Source: an uncultured virus (IMG/VR IMGVR_UViG_3300031660_000001) (taxonomy: Duplodnaviria; Heunggongvirae; Uroviricota; Caudoviricetes; Crassvirales). Taken from it: a stretch of 64,000 nt of DNA. The stretch lies in IMG/VR virus record IMGVR_UViG_3300031660_000001; one strand, given 5' to 3'. The translations under genes and the position numbers were made by a program. Under the pieces are notes generated by a model. The model was not told the origin of the DNA and ran no database searches. It worked only from the letters and a program-made list of their open reading frames with translations. The first letter of the stretch is position 1, and every line of letters begins with the position of its first letter. Positions 1 to 7,731 of this stretch are shown in pieces.

Positions 1-48
1 GGATATAATGTAAATGTAAAATCTGAAGCAATGGGCTATCCTTGGTAA
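1..48 (+). CDS. 3' end of an upstream gene (…GYNVNVKSEAMGYPW*), truncated by the window
   Basis: Frame 1 is open from base 1 to TAA at 46-48. Confidence 0.5.
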   Translation, partial: GYNVNVKSEAMGYPW

Positions 49-57
49 AAATAATAT

Positions 58-117
58 ATGGTAATACAAGAACTTAAAGCAGAAATAGAGATATTAAAAA
101 CTCAAATAAATAATTAA
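58..117 (+). pseudogene. Orphan C-terminal coiled-coil stub of an S74-type tail fibre (MVIQELKAEIEILKTQINN*)
   Basis: Near-identical to the end of the 118-3192 product (AIQELKAEIEILKKK); DNA 63-100 resembles 3147-3184. Confidence 0.6.
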
Positions 118-3100
118 ATGGCAATAAGAATATTAAGTAACGAAACTATAGATGGAACATTAGTTATTACTAAAGGGATAACAACTGGCTCAGCAACTGG
201 TGGTAATTCTGGATCTGTAACTATTGCAGGTGGAATAACTCAAAGTTTTCAAGCTGATGGTAGTACAGTAACTTATGGTTCACATACTAATACTGCAACA
301 GCTACAAGTAATACAGATGCTTCTGCTTTTTTAATTAGTCAAAAAAATACAGGAGGTACTGCAATTGAATATAGACAAGGTGTTATTGCTGATGGCAATG
401 CATTTTTTGGAAAATGGCAGTCAGGATCTATAACAGGAATAGGGTTAAATGTGGCTACTGGAAACGTAACTTTTTCTGGAAGTCTTACAGGAACAACTGG
501 AACTTTCACAGGATTGGTAAGCGGTATAACACCTACAGCTGCTTCAAATTATGCAATAAAATCCTATGTAGACGCACATGGAGGAGGGGTAGGCCCTTTC
601 TTACCACTTGCTGGTGGAACTTTAACTGGCGCTCTTACAATGGGAGGTAATCTCAATATGAACAGTCGTAAGATTACCAATATTAATGAGATGAGCTTTG
701 GAGCCAACGCCTACATAACATCTCCTAGCAACTTCCTAGTTCGCTTTAATCAAACAAGTGTTGATATTGCTTCAGGAAATTTAACAGCTAGTGGTAGTGG
801 AACTTTTACAGGAAATATAAATGCGGCAAGAGGGTTTTTTAATTCTGGATCTACTAATGTTGTTTCAACATTTACAAGCACAGATGGTATAGCTGCAATA
901 GCTTTAATAGATAGTGGAGGTAATGTGGAGTTGTCAGCTTCTAGTAATACTTTTCAAGTACAACCTGCTGGAGGCGCTGCCGCTTTAACTGTTAGTTCTA
1001 CTAATGCAATTTTTACAGGAAACGTTGGAATTGGAGTAACTGGGCCTGGAGAAGCACTTGAATTAGCTGGGAATATAAGAATACATAATTCTTCAAATGC
1101 ACCTTATATTGATTTTGTAGAAAGTGGAGCAACAAGTGATTCTAAAGCAAGAATTACAATGGATCAAGTTGATACTAGTAATGGTCAATTGATATTTAGT
1201 ACAGAAAATGGAGGAACTTTAACAACAGCATTAACAATAGACTCATCACAAAACGCAACTTTTTCAAACAGAGTTACTGTTGGTGGGTATTTTCAAGTAA
1301 ATAGTACCACAACATTAGGTGGCGCTGTTACTATAGAAGGTAATCTTTTTATGGATGGCTACAATATTACCAGTATTGACGAATTATCAGCTTCAACAGC
1401 AACTTTTTCAGGAACTATTAACTCCGGAGCAATAACTTCTACTGGGGCAATAATAGGACAAGTTAATAGTAATACTTTTGGCACATCTGGAGCAACAGGT
1501 AGAGCATTAATAGTACAAGCAGGTTCATCAAATCAAGCGATAATGCTCAAAAATTCTTTAGGCGGAGATGGTACAATATCTGTTACAGGTACTGCAACCA
1601 CAATGAATTACTCCTTTGGTACTTATTCGACAGGAGATGCTTTATTTATTCAAAATGACGGCAGTGTAGGTATAGGAACGGATAGTCCTGGACAGAAACT
1701 CCACGTTTCTGGAGGTAAAATTGAAGTAGATGTTAATTCTAGTGTAGGTACTGAGATAATATTGAAAAACTTAGGAGTTAATCAATTTGCTGCTGATAAA
1801 AATTACCACGAAATAAATTTCATAACATCAAACACTTCTTCAGAGACAACAGGTGGATATGTTAGAATAAAAGGAGGTCAAGAAGTATCAGGAAATGATA
1901 ATAAAAGTTATTTAGGGTTTTGGACCGCGCCTAATTCAGGAACAGTTTCCGAAAGAATGCGTATTGATTCAGCAGGAAACGTAGGTATAGGAACGGATAG
2001 TCCAGATGCTAAGTTACAAATTAATTCAGCAACACCCGATTTCTTAATTACAGATAGTGATATTAGCACGTCATTACCAATGTTTAGGGTTAGGGGATTT
2101 GATGGGGGTGGATGGGCAACAAGAGGTTCTGTTATTAGTAGCCAAGTTGGTGGAGCAGCTACAGATGTAATGTCGATAATAAACGGAAGTGTAGTTATAG
2201 GGAACGAGCCAACTCCAACAGCAAGTTGTATATTAACCTTAAGAACAAGTGCTTCAACAGGTTTATCTATTAAATCCGCAAGTAATACAGGGGAATCTTT
2301 TATAAACTTTGGAGATAATGATGACATAAATCCTGGTCAAATATATTATGGGCATACTGATAATGCAATGAGGTTTAGAACTAATGACGCTGAAAGAATG
2401 AGGATAGACAGTTCTGGATTTACTACAATATCAAACAACCCTACAAGTACTCAAGCTACTTTAACCTTAAAGAAGCTTTCAAATAGTGTTGCTATTAATA
2501 ATACTTTAGGATATTTGAATTTTTATTCAAATGACGCTTCTACATCTTCTTCAGGAGGTGTTGGAGGGATAGGTGTTTATGCAGAAACAGATTATAATAC
2601 TTCTCATACTCCATCTTATATGAGTTTTTATACTCACTCAACTGCCACTAATGATGGAACAAATATTGGGAATGTAACAGAAAGAATGAGGATTACAAGT
2701 GGGGGGGAGGTTTTCATTGGAACAAATGGCAATGCTCCAAGTGCATCACAATCAGGTTTTTCTATACAAAATAATGCAGGTTTATGTTTTGTGCTACAAG
2801 CAACAAGCGATGTAGGTACTAATACTTGTAATCACTTCATAAATCCAAATGGCACAGTTGGGAAAATACAAACAAGTGGTTTTGCTACCAATTATGTCAC
2901 TTCTTCTGATTATAGATTAAAAGAAGATTTACAAGATTTTAATGGATTAGATAAAGTTTCTAAAATTCCAGTATATGATTTTAAATGGAAACCAGACGAA
3001 TCAAGAAGTTATGGAGTAATGGCTCACGAACTACAAGACATAGTTCCAGATGCGGTTTCAGGAGAAAAAGATGAAGTAGATAAAGATGGCAAAATCGAAC

Positions 3101-3192
3101 CTCAAGGAGTAGATTATTCTAAAATAGTTCCATTATTAGTTAAAGCAATACAAGAACTAAAAGCAGAAATAGAAATATTAAAAAAGAAATAA
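118..3192 (+). CDS. Tail fibre with GNVGIGT/ERMRI repeats and C-terminal peptidase S74 intramolecular chaperone
   Basis: G/S/T/N-rich; repeated GNVGIGTxSP and ERMRIDS motifs; TSSDYRLKE…GVMAHELQ…VDYSKIVPLLVKAIQEL chaperone signature. Confidence 0.9.
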   Translation: MAIRILSNETIDGTLVITKGITTGSATGGNSGSVTIAGGITQSFQADGSTVTYGSHTNTATATSNTDASAFLISQKNTGGTAIEYRQGVIADGNAFFGKWQSGSITGIGLNVATGNVTFSGSLTGTTGTFTGLVSGITPTAASNYAIKSYVDAHGGGVGPFLPLAGGTLTGALTMGGNLNMNSRKITNINEMSFGANAYITSPSNFLVRFNQTSVDIASGNLTASGSGTFTGNINAARGFFNSGSTNVVSTFTSTDGIAAIALIDSGGNVELSASSNTFQVQPAGGAAALTVSSTNAIFTGNVGIGVTGPGEALELAGNIRIHNSSNAPYIDFVESGATSDSKARITMDQVDTSNGQLIFSTENGGTLTTALTIDSSQNATFSNRVTVGGYFQVNSTTTLGGAVTIEGNLFMDGYNITSIDELSASTATFSGTINSGAITSTGAIIGQVNSNTFGTSGATGRALIVQAGSSNQAIMLKNSLGGDGTISVTGTATTMNYSFGTYSTGDALFIQNDGSVGIGTDSPGQKLHVSGGKIEVDVNSSVGTEIILKNLGVNQFAADKNYHEINFITSNTSSETTGGYVRIKGGQEVSGNDNKSYLGFWTAPNSGTVSERMRIDSAGNVGIGTDSPDAKLQINSATPDFLITDSDISTSLPMFRVRGFDGGGWATRGSVISSQVGGAATDVMSIINGSVVIGNEPTPTASCILTLRTSASTGLSIKSASNTGESFINFGDNDDINPGQIYYGHTDNAMRFRTNDAERMRIDSSGFTTISNNPTSTQATLTLKKLSNSVAINNTLGYLNFYSNDASTSSSGGVGGIGVYAETDYNTSHTPSYMSFYTHSTATNDGTNIGNVTERMRITSGGEVFIGTNGNAPSASQSGFSIQNNAGLCFVLQATSDVGTNTCNHFINPNGTVGKIQTSGFATNYVTSSDYRLKEDLQDFNGLDKVSKIPVYDFKWKPDESRSYGVMAHELQDIVPDAVSGEKDEVDKDGKIEPQGVDYSKIVPLLVKAIQELKAEIEILKKK
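1274..1399 (+). repeat. Exact 126-bp repeat, copy 1 (copy 2 at 62691-62816)
   Basis: Compared base by base: ttactgttggtgggtatttt…ttatcagcttcaacag. Confidence 0.95.
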
Positions 3193-3193
3193 G

Positions 3194-3201
3194 TAACTTT
3201 G
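3194..3201 (+). promoter_or_regulatory. Bacteroidota-type -7 promoter box TAACTTTG
   Basis: Matches TAnnTTTG; intergenic, 15 nt before the ATG at 3217. Confidence 0.65.
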
Positions 3202-3216
3202 TAAAAAATTAGAATT

Positions 3217-3579
3217 ATGGCAATTGCATACAACTGGACAATCAATCAACTTAACGCAACCATAAAAGAAGATGGGTTAAAAAACGTAATATATACTGTA
3301 CATTGGTCTTACACAGGAACAGATTTAGAAGACACTTCTTTTGTAGCTTCTTCAATTGGCACAATGAGCACTCCTTACGAAGCAGGAACTCCCTTTATCC
3401 CTTATGAAGACACGCAAGATTTTGAGAATATAGTAATAGGATGGTTAAACGCTGGGTTAGACGTTGCAGCGATGCAGTTAAATTTAGCAAAACAAATTGA
3501 GCTTATGATAAAGCCAGTTGATGAAAACTTATATTTTACATGGATGAATCCTCCTGTCCCGCCTATTGAAAAAGAATAA
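3217..3579 (+). CDS. Tail-fibre partner protein (paralogue of 61784-62134)
   Basis: Y.W.I..L…V..VHW.YTG.D…FIPY.D…VIGW; directly follows the S74 fibre. Confidence 0.7.
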   Translation: MAIAYNWTINQLNATIKEDGLKNVIYTVHWSYTGTDLEDTSFVASSIGTMSTPYEAGTPFIPYEDTQDFENIVIGWLNAGLDVAAMQLNLAKQIELMIKPVDENLYFTWMNPPVPPIEKE

Positions 3580-3629
3580 TATATTTACTATATTTACATA
3601 AATAAAATTAATCAATAAAATAAATTAAA

Positions 3630-3893
3630 ATGAGTCAAATTAAATTAACTGAACAAGAATTAAAAAGAATCCAAGATCTAAACATGGATTTTAACAATGC
3701 TAAAATGAAAATAGCAGACAATGTATTGATGCAACAAAATGCATTAAAAGCATTAGAAGATTTAAGAACTACTTTTGGAGTAGAAGAAAGAAAATTAGCT
3801 GAGATCTACGGTCAAGATGCTATTATAAATTTAGAGACTGGAGAGGTTTCTAAAAAAGAACCTGAGCTAGTAGAGGCTGAAGAAGTAAAATAA
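3630..3893 (+). CDS. Small coiled-coil protein (YG…INLETGE motif)
   Basis: ORF track; helical acidic protein; TATATTTA box at 3589-3596. Confidence 0.7.
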   Translation: MSQIKLTEQELKRIQDLNMDFNNAKMKIADNVLMQQNALKALEDLRTTFGVEERKLAEIYGQDAIINLETGEVSKKEPELVEAEEVK

Positions 3894-3897
3894 TAAT

Positions 3898-4431
3898 ATG
3901 TCAAGAATAAGTAACACAGGAGCGTATGCAAACATTAATCCAACGTTAACGGATTATTTTGTACTGACAGATAAAGAAAATAATTTAGCGACTAAGACAT
4001 GTACTGTTAAGTCTCTTCAAACATTATTTGGATTATCTACTTCGCAAGTTAGTGTTGCTGTTCCAGCAGACAATTTATATTTTTTACAATCCTCACCTTT
4101 TGAATTAATTGCTTCTCCAGGTGCGGGATTTGCTTTATTTATAAAAGATATGGTGTGTTTTATGGACGCTGGTGCAACTGCTTTTGATTTTGCAAATACT
4201 GGAGCAATTCCAAAAATAGGTGTTTTATCATTTAATACAATTACTCAAGCAGTTTTAAATTCAGCAACAGATGTTGTGTTTAACATTGGAGGAACACCCG
4301 ATACGCAAATTTTACCTTCGGCAACAGCATTAAATCTTACAGCAGCAGCAAACACCGCAACAACAGGAGGAAGAGGAACACTATATTTTAATATAACTTA
4401 TCAGACACTTAAATTAGCGTCTACATTTTAA
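3898..4431 (+). CDS. Putative virion/tail accessory protein
   Basis: N-terminus (MSRIS…TDY…ATK) resembles that of 56788-57558. Confidence 0.55.
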   Translation: MSRISNTGAYANINPTLTDYFVLTDKENNLATKTCTVKSLQTLFGLSTSQVSVAVPADNLYFLQSSPFELIASPGAGFALFIKDMVCFMDAGATAFDFANTGAIPKIGVLSFNTITQAVLNSATDVVFNIGGTPDTQILPSATALNLTAAANTATTGGRGTLYFNITYQTLKLASTF

Positions 4432-4435
4432 TTAA

Positions 4436-4666
4436 ATGGATATTAGGAAGATTTCAATAGGAGCAGACTATAAGTCTGGAGCCATGCATTACATTGTAGG
4501 GCAAGACGTGTTAGGTGGTTCTTATTTTATTCATTTAATTCAACACGATCCAGAAGCAGAATCTTATAAAATTTGGATTGAAAAACCTGAAAAAAAAGAA
4601 ATTTTAATATGGAAAGAGTTTAAAACAACCTTACCTATATCCTTAGAATATAATATAAACTTTTAA
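4436..4666 (+). CDS. Hypothetical protein (IRKISIG.DYK..AMHY.VGQ)
   Basis: ORF track; tightly packed in the packaging operon. Confidence 0.75.
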   Translation: MDIRKISIGADYKSGAMHYIVGQDVLGGSYFIHLIQHDPEAESYKIWIEKPEKKEILIWKEFKTTLPISLEYNINF

Positions 4667-5229
4667 TGCAATCACCATACTCTTTTATTGTTCGTCCTGT
4701 AAAAGGGAGAAGATACGACAATATAAAAAACATAGGAGGTATTGATTTTATTACAAGCTCCTCAAAAGAAGATCATGTTGCGTCCAATAGATTTGGTGAA
4801 GTTATTGCTTTACCATTAGACTATAAGGGAGATGTAAAGATCAATGATATTTTACTAGTTCATCATAACGTATTTAAATTTTACTTTGACATGCAAGGGC
4901 GTGAGAAAAGTGGTAAGAGTTTTTTTATGGAGGATATGTTTTTAGTGGATAACGATCAGTTCTATTTATATTATCAAAACGGAAAATGGAATGCACATTC
5001 TAAGTATTGTTTTATTGAACCAGTTAAAGCTAAAGAATCATTTTTAGGAAAGACAGGTAAAGAAGAGCCTTTGGTTGGAAAAGTGAAATATATAAACAAA
5101 GAGTTATTACAACTAGGTGTAAATATAGGAGATGAAATATCTTTTACACCAGAAAGCGAATATGAGTTTTTAATTAACGATCAGAAACTTTATAGAATGT
5201 ATACAAATAACATCACAATGATTTTGTAA
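4666..5229 (+). CDS. GroES-like co-chaperonin with two tandem Cpn10-like domains
   Basis: Two repeats of pattern FI.P…G.V…V.IGD/IND.I/L; about twice the length of GroES. Confidence 0.6.
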   Translation: MQSPYSFIVRPVKGRRYDNIKNIGGIDFITSSSKEDHVASNRFGEVIALPLDYKGDVKINDILLVHHNVFKFYFDMQGREKSGKSFFMEDMFLVDNDQFYLYYQNGKWNAHSKYCFIEPVKAKESFLGKTGKEEPLVGKVKYINKELLQLGVNIGDEISFTPESEYEFLINDQKLYRMYTNNITMIL

Positions 5230-5504
5230 TGGATATAAAAGAAATAAAATTACAGATAATAAAAGCAGGTGAAAAAGCTGTAATACAATTAATAAAAGTA
5301 GCTAAAGAAGATATTATTAAATATGACTCTGACGATGAGCTAGCAGCAGATAGATTAAAAAATGCAGCGGCAACTAAAAAGCTAGCAATTTTTGATGCTT
5401 TTGAAATATTAAAAAGAATAGAAGAAGAGAAACAAATGCTAGATGGAACAGATATAATTAAAAATAATACACCTAAAGGATTTGCGGAATCAAGATCAAA
5501 ATAA
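5229..5504 (+). CDS. Putative terminase small subunit
   Basis: Small helical protein directly upstream of and overlapping terL. Confidence 0.45.
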   Translation: MDIKEIKLQIIKAGEKAVIQLIKVAKEDIIKYDSDDELAADRLKNAAATKKLAIFDAFEILKRIEEEKQMLDGTDIIKNNTPKGFAESRSK

Positions 5505-7731
5505 ATTAAGTTTTGCGCTATATAATATGGTGCCTAAAAGCGTTCTAGCTATAAAAAATAAGGCGAGAAGTTGGCAGTATGGATATAATGAGAAGTATGA
5601 TTTTGTGGTTATTTCTAAGTCTGGACAAATAGAAGATATAATAAATATAAGTGGTTTAAACATAGCGCTTCCTAAACCTCCCTCAAGTTGTTATAAGCGA
5701 TCTAAAAACAAAGAAGATCAGTATTGGGAAACTCACGAACTACCTAAAGAACTTAAAAGAATACAATCAATATTTCATTGGCATGATGCTCCGCCACAGT
5801 TTAAAAACGACTGGGTAGACTACATTGAAAATGAATTTGATAAAAGAGAAGAAGGTTTTTGGTTTACAAACAATGGTTTACCTACTTACATAACGGGAAC
5901 ACATTACATGTATCTACAGTGGACAAAGATTGATGTTGGTCATCCTGATTTTAGAGAAGCTAATAGATTGTTTTATATATTCTGGGAAGCATGTAAGGCT
6001 GATAAAAGAAGTTTTGGAATGTGTTACTTAAAAATAAGACGTTCTGGATTTTCATTTATGAGTTCGTGCGAGGGCGTGAATACAGCTACTATAACTAAAG
6101 ATTCAAGAGTTGGAATATTATCTAAAACAGGAGCGGATGCTAAAAAAATGTTTACAGATAAAATTGTCCCTATATCAAACAATTATCCTTTTTTCTTTAA
6201 ACCCATACAAGATGGTATGGATAAGCCAAAGACTGAATTAGCATACAGAGTTCCGGCTTCTAAGATTACTAAAAAAAATATGTATGTTTTGGATGATCAA
6301 GAGCTTGAAGGGTTAGATACAACTATTGACTGGAAAAACACATCAGATAACAGTTATGATGGAGAAAAATTACAACTACTTGTACATGATGAGAGTGGTA
6401 AATGGGAAAGGCCTGAAAATATATTAAATAACTGGCGAGTAACTAAAACGTGTTTACGTTTAGGTAGTAGGGTTATTGGTAAATGTATGATGGGATCAAC
6501 ATCAAACGCTTTAGACAAAGGGGGTAGAAATTTTAAAGATTTATTTGAATCATCTGATTGTTTAAAAAGAAACTCTAACGGACAAACAAAGAGTGGTTTA
6601 TATAATTTATTTGTTCCTATGGAATGGAATATGGAAGGCTTTATAGATATTTACGGCATGCCTGTTTTTAATAATCCAGAAAAAAAAGTAATTGGAATAG
6701 ATAAGGAAATAATAATACAAGGAGCTTTAGATTATTGGCAGAATGAAGTAGATTCATTAGCGTCAGATCCTGATGCTTTAAATGAATTTTATAGACAATT
6801 TCCTAGAACTGAGTCACATGCGTTTAGGGACGAAAGTAAGCAGTCATTATTTAATCTTACTAAAATATATCAGCAAATAGATTACAATGATTCTTTAAAT
6901 ATACACCACCATGTAACTCAAGGAGGTTTCCATTGGAAAGATGGAATTCAAGATGGTAAGGTTATATGGACTCCAAATAAAAGAGGAAGATTTTTTGTAA
7001 CTTACATACCTAAGCTTGAGCTTCAAAATAATGTTGTAATTAAGAATGGTAGAAAGCATCCTGGAAATGAACATATAGGTTCTTTTGGGTGTGACTCTTA
7101 TGATATATCTGGGGTTGTTGTAGGAAAAGGTTCTAATGGGGCTTTACATGGAATAACAAAGTTTAGCATGGCTGATGCTCCTAGTAATCATATTTTTTTA
7201 GAATATATTGCTAGACCTCAAACTGCTGAGATATTTTTTGAAGAAGTTTTAATGGCGTGTGTATTTTATGGTATGCCAATTTTGTGTGAAAATAATAAAC
7301 CTAGATTATTGTATCATTTTAAAAACAGAGGATACAGAGGGTTTAGTTTAAATAGACCAGATAAGGCATATAATAAATTGTCTAAAACAGAAAGAGAATT
7401 AGGAGGAATACCTAATAGTTCGGAAGATGTAAAGCAATCTCACGCCTCAGCAATAGAGTCGTTTATTGAAAAGCACATTGGGCTAGATTTTGAAGGAAAT
7501 TATAGAGATAAAGATGATATGGGTGTAATGTATTTTAGAAGAACATTAGAGGATTGGGCTAAGTTTGATATAAACAATAGAACAAAGTTTGATGCAGCCA
7601 TAAGTTCAGGGCTAGCTATAATGGCAAATCAAAAACACCTATACACTCCAATTCAAAAACAATCAAAAATAAGCATTAACTTTGCAAGATATAATAACAA
7701 GAACACAGTAAGTCAATTACTTAATAAATGA
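5482..7731 (+). CDS. terL: Terminase large subunit (start may be ATG at 5527)
   Basis: Walker A-like LKIRRSGFS, Walker B LLVHDESG, motif III GSTSN, nuclease FGCDSYD…KFDAAIS; precedes portal. Confidence 0.9.
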   Translation: MRNQDQNKLSFALYNMVPKSVLAIKNKARSWQYGYNEKYDFVVISKSGQIEDIINISGLNIALPKPPSSCYKRSKNKEDQYWETHELPKELKRIQSIFHWHDAPPQFKNDWVDYIENEFDKREEGFWFTNNGLPTYITGTHYMYLQWTKIDVGHPDFREANRLFYIFWEACKADKRSFGMCYLKIRRSGFSFMSSCEGVNTATITKDSRVGILSKTGADAKKMFTDKIVPISNNYPFFFKPIQDGMDKPKTELAYRVPASKITKKNMYVLDDQELEGLDTTIDWKNTSDNSYDGEKLQLLVHDESGKWERPENILNNWRVTKTCLRLGSRVIGKCMMGSTSNALDKGGRNFKDLFESSDCLKRNSNGQTKSGLYNLFVPMEWNMEGFIDIYGMPVFNNPEKKVIGIDKEIIIQGALDYWQNEVDSLASDPDALNEFYRQFPRTESHAFRDESKQSLFNLTKIYQQIDYNDSLNIHHHVTQGGFHWKDGIQDGKVIWTPNKRGRFFVTYIPKLELQNNVVIKNGRKHPGNEHIGSFGCDSYDISGVVVGKGSNGALHGITKFSMADAPSNHIFLEYIARPQTAEIFFEEVLMACVFYGMPILCENNKPRLLYHFKNRGYRGFSLNRPDKAYNKLSKTERELGGIPNSSEDVKQSHASAIESFIEKHIGLDFEGNYRDKDDMGVMYFRRTLEDWAKFDINNRTKFDAAISSGLAIMANQKHLYTPIQKQSKISINFARYNNKNTVSQLLNK

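Noticed and set aside
1274..1399. 126-bp repeat as a DGR template/variable pair or a terminal repeat
   Set aside because: No adenine-specific mismatches and no reverse transcriptase seen; both copies are internal with different flanks
414..2327. Alternative ORFs 414-650 (+) and 1908-2327 (-)
   Set aside because: Shadow frames of the G/T/S-rich fibre gene with no independent signal
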